64,000 bases of DNA from Thermomicrobia bacterium (GCA_040255925.1 JBDZVX010000002.1:17232-81231); one strand, 5' to 3'; positions 40,409 to 51,206 are shown, numbered from the stretch's first letter. The notes: generated by a model not told the origin, from the letters alone. A program made the numbers and translations.

Positions 40409-41233
40409 GTGAATGAGCACACTTTCGAGGACGTGGTCCCGGGCCAGCAACTCGACCTTAGGAAGATGCCTGGACATTGGCTGCTTGCTCGCATGGGTAA
40501 ACGGGTTCTCCGGCCAGGTGGCCGGGAGCTAACGCGCCGGATGCTTGACACGGTGGCCGTCGGCCCCAACGACGCTGTTGTGGAGTTCGCCCCGGGACTC
40601 GGAGCCACCGCCCGAATGGTGCTTGAACGCAACCCAGCATCATACACTGCTATTGAGCGCGACGAAATTGCATCCGGGCGACTTGGCCGCACCCTTAGTG
40701 GACCAGGACGCGAGTTCCACAGCGGGACGGCGGAAGAGTCCGGCCTGCCGGACGAGTCCGCGACCGTCGTCTATGGCGAGGCCATTCTCACAATGCAACC
40801 CCAGAGTACGAAGTCCAGGATCGCTCGCGAAGCCTACCGGCTTCTTAAACCTGGGGGCCGCTACGCGATTCACGAGCTATGCCTGGCGCCGGAAGACCTG
40901 GACGAGAGCAAACGAGAAGAGATCTTGCACGAGCTCGTGGAGACCGTCCACGTCGGTGCCCGGCCGCTCCTCCGTTCGGAGTGGCGTGCGCTGTTGGAAG
41001 GCGCGGGCTTCACGGTCGGCCAGGAGTTCACAGCACCATTGCGCCTCCTTGAGCCTGGCCGGCTGATACGGGACGAGGGCCTCGGTGGCACCCTGCGATT
41101 CACGGCGAATGTCCTACGAGACCCAGTCGCACGCGCGCGAGTGACCGCCCTACGAGGCGTGTTTCGCAAATATCAGGCTCACCTTGCAGCCATCGCGTTG
41201 GTAGCGACCAAGCCGGTGCAAGACGTGGCATAA
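40409..41233 (+). CDS. Class I SAM-dependent methyltransferase
   Basis: LRPGG.ELT, VVEFAPGLG.TA, LKPGGRY.IHE. Confidence 0.85.
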   Translation: MNEHTFEDVVPGQQLDLRKMPGHWLLARMGKRVLRPGGRELTRRMLDTVAVGPNDAVVEFAPGLGATARMVLERNPASYTAIERDEIASGRLGRTLSGPGREFHSGTAEESGLPDESATVVYGEAILTMQPQSTKSRIAREAYRLLKPGGRYAIHELCLAPEDLDESKREEILHELVETVHVGARPLLRSEWRALLEGAGFTVGQEFTAPLRLLEPGRLIRDEGLGGTLRFTANVLRDPVARARVTALRGVFRKYQAHLAAIALVATKPVQDVA

Positions 41234-41577
41234 ACATGGCGCGAAGCGCCGCCCTAGCCCCCGGCTATTTAATCATCATGGGCGGCATCGCTTGGACGAG
41301 CCTCGCTCACGTACATACCGGAGACTCCTGATGGTAAACAGCGCGTAGGCGACCCCTGCACGTCAATCAGGTGGCCCCCATCAAGTTATGCCCACCAACG
41401 GTGTGGTATCCTACCCGGCTTACGGTAGCTGAGCGCTACTCTGCTCCTGCCCTTCGTCTGAACGCTGACGGTAGCGATTTGTTCCTACCAGACTTCAGCA
41501 CAAAAACGTTAGGATAACGACGTCGGGCAAGCCCTTGTGAGCGATTCACGAGCAGGTGGGCAAAGGGAACCAGTCCG

Positions 41578-42735
41578 TTGAAGATTCTGATGGTCTCCAA
41601 GGCACCGCTGAATGGGCTGTACCAGAAGACGCTGGAGGCCCTAGCCCGCCTTCCGGAGGTTGATCTACTGGCGGTGGTTCCACCCTACTGGAATGAGGAA
41701 CGCGTAGGGGTCGTACGGCTGGAACGACGGTATACCGAAGGGTACCAGTTGGTGGCTGAACCGATGTTCCTCAACGGCCACCATCACCTGCACTTCTATC
41801 CCGGTCTCTGGGCACAGGCGCGGCGTTTCCGGCCGGATATCCTCCACATCGAGGAGGAACCCTACAACGTCGTCACGCTCCATACCTCGCTGATCGGCCG
41901 GATGGTCGGCGCCAAAGTGGTATTCGTCTCGTGGCAGAACCTCTTCCGGCGCTATCCGCCGCCCTTCAGCCTGTTTGAGCGGCTCAATTACCAGATCGCC
42001 GCCGCGGGGATCGCCGGGAGCCAGGATGCCGCCGATATCCTGCGCCGGAAAGGCTACCCCCGGCACCTAGAGGTGATCCCGCAGCTCGGCGTCGATCCCG
42101 ACGTTTTCCGCCCGAGGGAAACCGAGTCGTCGCGAGAACTCCCAATCATCGGCTACGCCGGGCGGCTGGTTCCGGAAAAGGGGACCGATCTGGTGATCGA
42201 CGCGCTGGCCCACCTCACTCACCGCGCGCAGCTCCACATCATCGGCGACGGGACCGAACGGCTGGCGCTCGAACAGCGCGCGGCCAGCCTCGGCATTCGT
42301 GACCGCGTGCGCTTCCGTGGGACTGTCTCTCCGGGCGAGATGCCGAAAGCGCTCAGCGAACTCGATATCCTCGTGGTGCCATCGCGGACGCGCCGCAACT
42401 GGAAAGAACAATTCGGGCGCGTGATCATTGAAGCGATGTCCTGCCAGGTACCAATCGTGGGGTCCGATTCCGGGGAGATTCCCCACGTCATCGGCGAGGG
42501 CGGGCTAATCTTTCCCGAGGGCAATGTGGTCCTGCTCGCCAGGCGGCTCGATGAACTTCTGGCCAGCGGCGAAAAGCGGCTGGAGATCGGCCGGCTGGCG
42601 CGCGAGCGGGTACTTGACCACTTCACACCGGACCGGATCGCCGAGCGCAACTACAGCCTCTACCAGATGCTTCTCCCAAATGGAAAACGCGCTCCCAAGA
42701 GGCGCGCAAGACCAGCCAAGGACGCCGGCAAATAG
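41578..42735 (+). CDS. Glycosyltransferase family 4 (GT-B)
   Basis: GYAGRLVPEKG and EQFGRVIIEAMSC..P.VGSDSG.IP. Confidence 0.92.
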   Translation: MKILMVSKAPLNGLYQKTLEALARLPEVDLLAVVPPYWNEERVGVVRLERRYTEGYQLVAEPMFLNGHHHLHFYPGLWAQARRFRPDILHIEEEPYNVVTLHTSLIGRMVGAKVVFVSWQNLFRRYPPPFSLFERLNYQIAAAGIAGSQDAADILRRKGYPRHLEVIPQLGVDPDVFRPRETESSRELPIIGYAGRLVPEKGTDLVIDALAHLTHRAQLHIIGDGTERLALEQRAASLGIRDRVRFRGTVSPGEMPKALSELDILVVPSRTRRNWKEQFGRVIIEAMSCQVPIVGSDSGEIPHVIGEGGLIFPEGNVVLLARRLDELLASGEKRLEIGRLARERVLDHFTPDRIAERNYSLYQMLLPNGKRAPKRRARPAKDAGK

Positions 42736-42753
42736 CTTCGGAGAGAGACCAGG

Positions 42754-43320
42754 ATGGCCGCGAAACGCGCGCTCGATCTCCCACAAGCCGCTCGCATCTT
42801 GGAGCCCGGTCCGCTGGCGCTCATCACCTCACTCCATCGCGGCCAGCATAACATCATGACCGCGAGCTGGATGATGCCACTCGGATTCGGTCCGCCGCGT
42901 CTCGGCGTGGCGATTCACCCCTCCCGCCTGACCCACGAACTGATCACGCGGAGTGAGACGTTCGGCTTAAGCATCCCGACGCTGGAACTGCTCAACGCCG
43001 TGCACCGCTGCGGCATGGAATCCGGGCGTGAGCTTGACAAGTTCCTGACGGCCAAGCTCACGCCGGTCGACGGGATGGAGATCGACGCCCCGCTGGTAGG
43101 CGAATGCGTGGCCCACATCGAATGCGGGCTGGTGCAACGGCTCCGCCTGGCGGACCACGATCTCTTCGTCGCCGAGGTCCTAGCCGTCTCGGCGGTGGAG
43201 GACCTGTTTACCGACCGCTGGCACCTCGAAGGCGATGGAGCGCTCATCCACCACATCGCGGGCAATCAGTACGCCGGGCTCGGCAAAGCCTACCGGGCAA
43301 GCCTCAGCGAGGAGGAGTAA
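42754..43320 (+). CDS. Flavin reductase-like (FMN-binding split barrel) protein
   Basis: P.P..LITS, N.M..SW, CG..SGR..DKF, H.EC, DHDLFVAEV. Confidence 0.85.
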   Translation: MAAKRALDLPQAARILEPGPLALITSLHRGQHNIMTASWMMPLGFGPPRLGVAIHPSRLTHELITRSETFGLSIPTLELLNAVHRCGMESGRELDKFLTAKLTPVDGMEIDAPLVGECVAHIECGLVQRLRLADHDLFVAEVLAVSAVEDLFTDRWHLEGDGALIHHIAGNQYAGLGKAYRASLSEEE

Positions 43321-43322
43321 GA

Positions 43323-43475
43323 TCAGGCCCCCTCGCCCTCGCCCTGGACTTCCTCCCATTCCTGCTCGACCCAGGGGCAGCGCAGGAACTTCGGCAGCCA
43401 GGCCGGCTGGATGATGACGGCGATCACGAACCAGATCGCGAAGAGAATTCCACCTCCGAGCAGCGCTTTTCGCAT
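43323..43475 (-). CDS. Small single-pass membrane protein (50 aa)
   Basis: AGGAGAGG RBS before the ATG at 43475. Hydrophobic N-terminal half and acidic tail. Confidence 0.55.
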   Translation of the reverse strand: MRKALLGGGILFAIWFVIAVIIQPAWLPKFLRCPWVEQEWEEVQGEGEGA

Positions 43476-43588
43476 GAACGACCTCTCCTCGCACGATATC
43501 CACGTACCATCCGGTACGTGCTCCCCAATACGCCAACGCATTTAATGATCGCGGCCCGCCCATGCACGATCCGTGCCGCCTAGCGGGA

Positions 43589-44383
43589 TTAGCCTTCGGG
43601 ATTGACCGTCACAATGTTCGGCGACTCAACACCCGGCAGATGCATCGCCCGTCCAACGCGCCGGATCAAATCGAGCCAACCCTTTCGCGCGGCCTTGCTG
43701 AACGATGCCGTCTGATCGGTTTGGAACTCGACCAATAGATTCCGATCCAGCCCGAAGGACGCCTCCAGATCGCGGCGGAGCTGACGGCGGCGCTCGGTCG
43801 CCACGTTGAACGATGCGTCCAGCGCCTTGATCACCGGCTGGAGCGCGCGCGTCCCCTGCTCCACCAGTTCTCGCGGCGCCACCAGGACGTGCGTCGCGAG
43901 CGGAGACCCGCTCAGGATGAACCAGGCCCGGACCAGATCGTTCAAATACCCGGATTCGACCGGCGTCAGCGCGGCGGTACCCTCCCGAACGCTGGCCTCA
44001 CCGTCCGAGGCTCGCCGATCCCAACCAATCACATCAATGCCAAAGAAATGAAAGATGGTCGCGCGGGCGAGCGCTTCGGCGGTACGGCTGACACCATTGA
44101 GGCTGACGCTGGCATGCTCGACCTCATCCGGCCGGTTCGCGGTCCAGAGCCGGATATCGCCGGTGTGATGCGAGACCAGCGCGACATCGGTCACCACGGC
44201 AAAACGATCGAGCAGCAACGCCGCATCGACGCTGCCGAGCAGCGCGCAAGTGTTTCGCGCGGCGACCATCTCGGCGGTTAGACTGGGCACCACCTCCAGA
44301 CCCTTCGGCGTGACCCAGCCCTGCGCGACCGGGTAGCTGAACACCGCGGTGGTGAGGGAATCATCGATGAGGCAGGTTTCCAC
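43589..44383 (-). CDS. Divergent MqnA/MqnD/substrate-binding-fold family protein
   Basis: Length and segments (DL.RAW...SG.PL..HV.V, AL.AS...A) recall the futalosine-pathway MqnA/MqnD fold. Recognition is weak. Confidence 0.45.
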   Translation of the reverse strand: METCLIDDSLTTAVFSYPVAQGWVTPKGLEVVPSLTAEMVAARNTCALLGSVDAALLLDRFAVVTDVALVSHHTGDIRLWTANRPDEVEHASVSLNGVSRTAEALARATIFHFFGIDVIGWDRRASDGEASVREGTAALTPVESGYLNDLVRAWFILSGSPLATHVLVAPRELVEQGTRALQPVIKALDASFNVATERRRQLRRDLEASFGLDRNLLVEFQTDQTASFSKAARKGWLDLIRRVGRAMHLPGVESPNIVTVNPEG

Positions 44384-44427
44384 AGGCGCCCTTTCTGCTC
44401 TACACGGCCGTCGCTCCGGGCCACGGC

Positions 44428-46866
44428 TCAGCTTCGATCGCCGACCCCTTTTCGCCAGAATCGCTCCACACGGTCTCGTAGCACCCGGTGCTCGGGCCGG
44501 TCCAGCAGCGGGTCCGCCGCCAGCAATCGGTGAGCCTCATCGCGGGCATGCTGTAACGTTTGGAGATCGGCGAGTCCGGCGAACTTCAGATCCGGGATTC
44601 CACTCTGCCGCGTCCCGAAAAATTCTCCAGGACCGCGGATCTCCAGGTCGATCTCGGCCAACCGGAAACCATCCATCGTCTCGACAAGCGCGTTCAGCCG
44701 CCGCTGTCCATCCTCGCTCACATCATCGGCCACCAGGATGCAATAGGAACGGGCATCGCCCCGGCCAACCCGACCCCGGAACTGGTGAAGCTGCGAGAGT
44801 CCGAAGCGGTCGGCGCCTTCAATCAGCATCACCGTGGCGTTCGGCACGTCGATCCCCACTTCAACCACTGAAGTCGAGACCAGGATATCGATCTCGTGGT
44901 CGCGAAAGCGGGACATCACCTCGTCCTTCTCGGCAGGACGCATCCGCCCGTGCAGGAGCCCAAGGCGGAGATCCGGGAAGACCTCCCGCGAGAGCCGCTC
45001 GAACTCGACCGTGGCCGCTTTGGCGTCGATCGCCTCCGACTCCTCGACCAATGGGTAAATGATGAACGCCTGCCGTCCCGCCTCAATCTGGCGCCGGAGG
45101 AACCGGTAGGCTTCGCGCCGCTGGTCGCTTTCGATCCACTGCGTCTCGATCGGTTGCCGCCCCGGCGGCAGCTCATCAATGATCGAGACATCGAGATCAC
45201 CATGCATGACCAGCGCCAGGCTCCGGGGGATCGGTGTGGCGGTCATCACCAGCACATCCGGGTTATAGCCCTTATCGCGCAGCATCGCCCGCTGAATCAC
45301 GCCGAACCGGTGCTGCTCGTCGATAATCGCCAGCCCCAGCCGGTCGAACTCGACCCGCTCTTCGAGAATGGCGTGCGTCCCGATCAAGAGATCGATCGTC
45401 CCTTCCCGCAGGCCCTCGTCGATCGCGGGCCGTTCCCGGCCCGCCGTACTCCCGGTCAGCAGCGCCAGGCGGGGCCGTTCCGGCTCGGGAAGCACGGTAT
45501 AGAGCTTGACCAGATTGCGATAATGCTGCTCAGCCAGGATCTCGGTTGGAGCCAGCAAGGCCGCCTGGAAGCCTTCGGCGATCGCCACCAGGGCCACGGC
45601 CGCGCCGACGACCGTCTTGCCGGAGCCAACATCACCCTGGAGCAGCCGGCTCATCGGACGCTGGCTGACCATATCGCCCATGATTTCACCGAGCGCGCGG
45701 GATTGCGCGGTGGTGAGCCGGTAGGGGAGGCATTCCTCAAAGAGCGCCAGGAGCCGCTCGTTGCCGGTGAACGCGTGCCCTGCCTGGGTCTGCCACTCCA
45801 CCTTGCGCCGCACCAGGCCGATCTGAAGGACCAGGAACTCATCGAAGGCGAGGCGCGCCCGTGCCTGTTGCTGCTCTGCCTCGGACCCCGGATAATGCAT
45901 CCGCTCCAACGCGGCCCGGAGTGGCAGGAGCCCGTATCGCCGCCGCACCTCATCGGACAGTGGGTCCTCAACCAGCGGCGAGGCCGCGGTCAGCGCGGCA
46001 CGGGTCAGGTTTCGGACCTGCTTTTGATAGAGGTTCCGGGTCAGCGGGTAGATCGGGACGACTCGCCCGGTATGCAATAACTCATCATCGAGCGGCTCCC
46101 ATTCCGGGTTGCGGAAGCAGAGTGAGCCCCGTTGCTGCTCGACCCGCCCGCTGATCGCGATCGACATTCCCGGCTGGAGCTGCCGCGCGATATAGGGGTT
46201 GAACCAGACCACACGGATATGGCCGGTGGAATCGGCGATCTCCGCGCTCACGATCGTCTTCCCGGTCCGGGTCCGCTCCTTTTCGACCGTGGAGACGGTG
46301 CCCTTGACCGTGCACTCCCGGTGGAAGAGCACGCTCGTGATCGACTGAACGCGCGTATAGTCCTTATAACGGCGGGGCAGCAGGTAGAGGAGATCTTCGA
46401 CCGTCTGGACACCGAGCGCGGCTAACTGGCGTGCCCGGCCTTCGCCGACACCCGGCAACACCGTTACCGGTTCGTCAAGCGAACGAAGCGCGATTTTCCG
46501 TGCAACCGGCGCGGTTGAACGAGCCGGGCGAACCGGAGGCTGGCGTGGCGCGGTTTCCTTCGCTCCCGCTGGCGAGGACGCGCCATTCGAATGTTCCAGG
46601 CCGTCGATAATCCGGCGAGCCTGAACAACTCGCTGCCGCCGCTCCTCCGGCGTGAGATCCGCGTAACCGGTGAACAGCCGGCTAAGTTTGTCGAACTTCC
46701 CGGGAAGCTCATGATCCGTTCCGCCGGGGACCTGGCCTGCCTGGGTCTCCATAAGTCGCTGGAGCCCACCAGCCACGGCGGTATCTTGGAAGCCTTTGCG
46801 ATCCTCCAGCGCCAGAACCTTCAACAGGAGTTGGATCTGGTCGGCCCCGCTCCTCACCTTGCTCAT
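44428..46866 (-). CDS. recG: ATP-dependent DNA helicase RecG with an N-terminal extension
   Basis: RLLQGDVGSGKT, DEQHRFG, MTATPIPRSL, EVGIDVPNA, FGLSQLHQFRGRVGRG, RGPGEFFGTRQSG. Confidence 0.96.
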   Translation of the reverse strand: MSKVRSGADQIQLLLKVLALEDRKGFQDTAVAGGLQRLMETQAGQVPGGTDHELPGKFDKLSRLFTGYADLTPEERRQRVVQARRIIDGLEHSNGASSPAGAKETAPRQPPVRPARSTAPVARKIALRSLDEPVTVLPGVGEGRARQLAALGVQTVEDLLYLLPRRYKDYTRVQSITSVLFHRECTVKGTVSTVEKERTRTGKTIVSAEIADSTGHIRVVWFNPYIARQLQPGMSIAISGRVEQQRGSLCFRNPEWEPLDDELLHTGRVVPIYPLTRNLYQKQVRNLTRAALTAASPLVEDPLSDEVRRRYGLLPLRAALERMHYPGSEAEQQQARARLAFDEFLVLQIGLVRRKVEWQTQAGHAFTGNERLLALFEECLPYRLTTAQSRALGEIMGDMVSQRPMSRLLQGDVGSGKTVVGAAVALVAIAEGFQAALLAPTEILAEQHYRNLVKLYTVLPEPERPRLALLTGSTAGRERPAIDEGLREGTIDLLIGTHAILEERVEFDRLGLAIIDEQHRFGVIQRAMLRDKGYNPDVLVMTATPIPRSLALVMHGDLDVSIIDELPPGRQPIETQWIESDQRREAYRFLRRQIEAGRQAFIIYPLVEESEAIDAKAATVEFERLSREVFPDLRLGLLHGRMRPAEKDEVMSRFRDHEIDILVSTSVVEVGIDVPNATVMLIEGADRFGLSQLHQFRGRVGRGDARSYCILVADDVSEDGQRRLNALVETMDGFRLAEIDLEIRGPGEFFGTRQSGIPDLKFAGLADLQTLQHARDEAHRLLAADPLLDRPEHRVLRDRVERFWRKGVGDRS

Positions 46867-46898
46867 GGGAGAAGTGTTGGTTGCCCAGCGGCACGGTG

Positions 46899-47768
46899 TC
46901 AAGCAGAGGAGCCGTTGCCGCTGACCAAACCGGCAATCCCAACCAGGCCGGGACCGCTATAGGCGCCGATAACCGTTCCGATCTGGGAGAAGACGATGTC
47001 GAGCCCCGGCTGCTCGGCCAGAATCTGTTCCGCCAGCACCGCCGCGTTCTGCTCGGCACCGAGATGCATCACCGCCAGCTTGTCGAACGGCATCTCCTGA
47101 CGGGAAAGCGCCAGGATACGGTCGAGCGCCCGGCGAAAAGTCCGGACCCGTTCCACTGGCTCGACCGCTCCGCCACGCACCGCCACGATCGGCTTCATCT
47201 GGAGCGCCGACCCGAGCAAAGCAGCCGCCCGGCCTATGCGTCCCCCGCGCTGCAAGAATTCCAGCGTCTCCAGCGTCGCGTAGACCCGCTGATCCCGTTT
47301 GCGCCGCTCCAGGTAGGTCACGATCTCATCGATCGTCGCGCCACGAGCCGCGAGATCGGCCGCCTCGATCACGAGCCAGCCGAAGCCCATTGAGACCGTC
47401 CCCGAGTCGATCAACCGGATTCGCTCCTGGCTCACGGCGGCGGCAGCCGAGCGGGACGTGTTGAATGTCCCGGAAAGCTGGGATGCGATATGGATCGCGA
47501 CGACGTCGTATCCTCGCGTGATCCGGTCCTGATAGATCTCCCAGAATGCCCCGATCGCCGGCTGCGATGACTTGGGAATCTCACCACGACGCAGATGACT
47601 CACAAACTCATCGCGAGACAGGTCAACGCCATCACGGTGAGTCCGCCCGGCCACCTCCACCATCAGCGGGACCACGGTCACCGGCATACCTGCTAGACGG
47701 TCGGCCGGAATGTCGGCGGTGCTATCGGTCACAATGTGGACCGGCCTCGGTTCGGGACGCCCGCTCAT
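46899..47768 (-). CDS. DegV family fatty-acid-binding protein (FakB-like)
   Basis: IVTDSTADI, SSQP, LSGT, L.RGGRIG, G.VIG.YSGPG. Confidence 0.92.
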   Translation of the reverse strand: MSGRPEPRPVHIVTDSTADIPADRLAGMPVTVVPLMVEVAGRTHRDGVDLSRDEFVSHLRRGEIPKSSQPAIGAFWEIYQDRITRGYDVVAIHIASQLSGTFNTSRSAAAAVSQERIRLIDSGTVSMGFGWLVIEAADLAARGATIDEIVTYLERRKRDQRVYATLETLEFLQRGGRIGRAAALLGSALQMKPIVAVRGGAVEPVERVRTFRRALDRILALSRQEMPFDKLAVMHLGAEQNAAVLAEQILAEQPGLDIVFSQIGTVIGAYSGPGLVGIAGLVSGNGSSA

Positions 47769-48625
47769 GGCCGGTGCTCCAGCGCTTCGCCCTCATAGAC
47801 CGCGATACCCACAGCTCCCGGTCCAAGGTGGGACGCCAGCACCGGCGAGAACTCGGAAACGATCATCCGGCTCTCGGAACAGACACCGTTGAGTGCGTTA
47901 GCGAGATTTTCCACCTCGCCGTGCTGACCGGTGGTCAGGATAGCGATCTGATCGATCCGGGGAAATTCACGCACGAGATCGACCAGCCCGGCCAATGCTC
48001 GCGGCCGGGTACGAGTTCGCGCAAAAGGCACCACAATCCCCTCTTCCATTCGCAGGATCGGCTTGAGCTGCAGGAGCGAGCCAATGATCTCCGCCGCGCG
48101 GCCGATCCGTCCGCCCCGGCGCAAGTATTCGAGCGTATCCACGTAGAACATGACATGGGTCGCCTCGATGGCCCGCCGGGTAGCGTGCTCGATCACATCC
48201 AGAGGATAATCCTCCAACGCCAGTCGGGCCGCCTGCAAGACTGGGAAACCCAGCCCCATCGAAGCCAGCCGGGAGTCGAGGATCACGATCGGCACCGGAT
48301 CCCCCAGCGCCTCACGAGCCAGACGGGCGCTTTGCACCGTACCACTCAACCGGCTGGAGAGGTGAATCGAGATGATCGCGTCGTGATTAGCCGCAAGCTC
48401 GCGGTAGAGCTGCTGAAAACGCCCGACCGGTGGTTGCGACGTGGTTGGGAATTCGCCGGACTCCACGAGCCGCCGCATGAACTCTCCCGGCGTGATCGTC
48501 ACCCGATCCTCATAGACGGTGTCACCCATCCGCACATTGAGCGGGACGACATGGATGTCATGCCACTTGATCAGATCCGGTGGAATGTCCGCGGTGCTGT
48601 CCGTCACCACCGCCACCCGCGACAT
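47765..48625 (-). CDS. DegV family fatty-acid-binding protein (FakB-like)
   Basis: VVTDSTADI, TSQP, LSGT, LRRGGRIG, HLGPG. Confidence 0.92.
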   Translation of the reverse strand: MSRVAVVTDSTADIPPDLIKWHDIHVVPLNVRMGDTVYEDRVTITPGEFMRRLVESGEFPTTSQPPVGRFQQLYRELAANHDAIISIHLSSRLSGTVQSARLAREALGDPVPIVILDSRLASMGLGFPVLQAARLALEDYPLDVIEHATRRAIEATHVMFYVDTLEYLRRGGRIGRAAEIIGSLLQLKPILRMEEGIVVPFARTRTRPRALAGLVDLVREFPRIDQIAILTTGQHGEVENLANALNGVCSESRMIVSEFSPVLASHLGPGAVGIAVYEGEALEHRP

Positions 48626-48637
48626 GCTCTCCCCGCC

Positions 48638-50362
48638 CTATTCCACCGAGATGATGAGGTCGTAGTGGGGCTGACCGCCGGCCGAGACCTCGACCGCGAG
48701 ACCGGGATAGGATTCGTGCAGCGCCGCCGTGACCAGCGCGCCGAGGTCAGGACCGGCCGGTTCCCCAATAAAGATCGTGACAAGCTCTGCCTGCTCGGGG
48801 TCCGCCTGGGCCAGCAAGTCGAGAACCACCTGGATGGCGTCGTCACCCGCGGCGCGCAGTTCACCATCTAGCAGGCCAATGAACTCCCCGGAACGGACCG
48901 TCACGCCGTCGATGCTCGCGTCACGACTGGCCCGGCCCACGGCCAGCGACCAGACCCATTCCAATGCCCCGGCCATCTCCTCGGTATTACGCGCAAGGTC
49001 GGCATCGAAATTGAACGCCGAGAGCGCGCTGATGCCCTGCGGGATCGTGCGTGACGGCACCACCGAGACCACCTTATCAGTGAGCCGGGCGACCTGGCGC
49101 GCGGCTGGGATGATGTTGCCATCGTTCGGCAGGAGAATCACCCGTGACTCCGGAACCGCTTCGACGGCCCGGAGAAGGTCCTCGGTGCTGGGATTGAGCG
49201 TTGGCCCGCCAGGGACAACCTCCGACGCACCGAGCCCACGGAGCGCCGCAATCAAGCCGGAGCCGTTCGCCACGGTCACGATGCCAATGCCGGTATCGAT
49301 CCGGGGGTGAGCGACCGTGCCGCTTGCCACGCGCTCGTCGAGCAACCGGCGCGTTTGGGCCGACATGTTGTCGATCCGGACCTGGTGCAGCTCACCATAG
49401 CGTAGCGCCGCATCGAGCACCATCCCCGGATTCCCGGTATGCAGGTGGACCTTGACCGCGCTCAACTCACCAACGATCACCGCTGAATTTCCGAGCGCGC
49501 TCACCTCCGCCCGGAACGCCTCAAACGGGATCGACTCGCCGGTAACCAGGAAGTTGGTGCAATATCCGAACCCCTCGCCTTCGTGACTCAGATCGACCTG
49601 GTCCAGGAAGATCATCGAGGCCGCGGCCGGTGCTTCCACCACCGCGTCAGCGGGCGCGTCAATTGTGACTCCGGCGCTAAAACGACGCAATCCATCGAGG
49701 AGCATCACGAGCCCGCTGCCCCCGGCGTCGACCACACCCGCCTGCCGCAGTATGTCCAGCATTTCCGGTGTCCGGCGCAGCGCCTCCGCCGCGGCCTCAT
49801 AGGCCCCATCGAGTGCCGCCGTAAGATCGACATCCGACTGAACGGCAAGCTCCGCCCCTTCGGCGGCCGCCCGGATCACGGTCAGCATCGTGCCTTCAAC
49901 GGGATTGATGACGGCGCCATAGGCCAGCTCAGCGGCCCGGCTAAGCCCCCTGGCCAAGATCCGGCCATCGAGATTCGCCGCATCCTGAGCCCGCTCGGCC
50001 AGACCGGCCAGGATCTGATACAGGATCACCCCGGAGTTGCCGCGCGCGCCCATCAACGCACCATGCGCCGCGCCAGCGAGCACTTGGCCCGCCTGGTGAC
50101 CATCGCCCTCACCCACGCTCCGGGCGCCGCCGAGCGCGGCTTGGAGCGTGTGATACATGTTCGTCCCAGTATCGCCATCCGGCACCGGGAAGACGTTCAA
50201 CGCGTTGATCGAGGGAACGTTCGGGGCGAGGAGTGCGATCGCGGTCTCGAGCGCCGACACCAGCATCTCACCCGACCAGCACATCCGGCGATCTCCGTCG
50301 ATAGCGGAAGGCTCCGTGGGTATGCCGGATGCACCTGCGCTATTCAACCTGTTCGGGTCCAT
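48638..50362 (-). CDS. DAK2 domain fatty acid kinase subunit (FakA-like)
   Basis: INALNVFPVPDGDTGTNM, GARGNSGVIL, PVEGTMLTV, YCT.F, KVHLHT, GGQPHY...SVE. Confidence 0.93.
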   Translation of the reverse strand: MDPNRLNSAGASGIPTEPSAIDGDRRMCWSGEMLVSALETAIALLAPNVPSINALNVFPVPDGDTGTNMYHTLQAALGGARSVGEGDGHQAGQVLAGAAHGALMGARGNSGVILYQILAGLAERAQDAANLDGRILARGLSRAAELAYGAVINPVEGTMLTVIRAAAEGAELAVQSDVDLTAALDGAYEAAAEALRRTPEMLDILRQAGVVDAGGSGLVMLLDGLRRFSAGVTIDAPADAVVEAPAAASMIFLDQVDLSHEGEGFGYCTNFLVTGESIPFEAFRAEVSALGNSAVIVGELSAVKVHLHTGNPGMVLDAALRYGELHQVRIDNMSAQTRRLLDERVASGTVAHPRIDTGIGIVTVANGSGLIAALRGLGASEVVPGGPTLNPSTEDLLRAVEAVPESRVILLPNDGNIIPAARQVARLTDKVVSVVPSRTIPQGISALSAFNFDADLARNTEEMAGALEWVWSLAVGRASRDASIDGVTVRSGEFIGLLDGELRAAGDDAIQVVLDLLAQADPEQAELVTIFIGEPAGPDLGALVTAALHESYPGLAVEVSAGGQPHYDLIISVE

Positions 50363-50926
50363 TGCCTCCCCACCCTTGGAGTACGTTCAATTCATCCGGA
50401 GAGCCTGCCAGCGGCCAAGCGGGGAGATCGATGTAGGCAGGCAGTTTCTCGGGTGTCCCACGGATTATCGCGGACAACCTCCACGCGGCGCTAAAGCGAC
50501 CACTCTCACAGGACGAAGCCAGGTGAACCTGGCTGGAGCTTGGACGCACACATCATTCACACGCTCCTCGTCATTCTGAGCAAACGCTAAGAATCTTCTA
50601 ACGAAAAGATCCTTCACTCTCATTCAGGATGACGAGGAGCTGCCTCGCTGAACCACGTGCAGCCGGCTTTAGGCTGTGAGCGCGGCCGGTTTACCGCCGC
50701 GCGTGCCGGCCAGGCATCCCCGCCGTCGGTCCATCGCCCACGCGTTGCCGTCCCGTACAAAAGTCTATGGCGCACCCCAGCTTCTCGCTGCACTTGCCGG
50801 AGGGCCGGGTCCATGTTATCCTTCCGGCTTGTGGGCCCGCGCCACTGACAACGAACGAATTGTAGCCTGACGCGACACGTTGGCCCACCATATCGCCCAT
50901 CAGGCAACTGGAAAAGGGGGGCCGGG

Positions 50927-51121
50927 TTGGCCGGAAAATGTGATGTCTGCGGTAAGGGACCCGGCTTTGGCCACAATGTGAGCCACTCTAAGCGGCGGAC
51001 CAACCGCATGTTTCGACCGAATATTCAGCGTGCGACGATCCAGGACCAGGGGCAGCCCCGCAAGGTGAATATCTGCACCCGCTGTCTCCGGACGCTCTAC
51101 AAAGCAGGCCGCACCGCCTGA
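50927..51121 (+). CDS. rpmB: 50S ribosomal protein L28 (Cys-containing, Zn-type)
   Basis: CDVCGK.P.FGHNVSHS.RRT.R.F.PN and CTRCLR. Confidence 0.95.
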   Translation: MAGKCDVCGKGPGFGHNVSHSKRRTNRMFRPNIQRATIQDQGQPRKVNICTRCLRTLYKAGRTA

Positions 51122-51206
51122 GCAACCTCGATGTGATTCCTCCGCGTCGCATACCCGGGACCGGATCTGTGGCGCGGGGAGACATCACGACTATCCCCAG
51201 CGTATG

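Noticed and set aside
50363..50926. Asp23/YloU-type gene or other ORF between the DAK2 gene and rpmB
   Set aside because: No ORF with a credible RBS or family motifs. Treated as a divergent promoter region.
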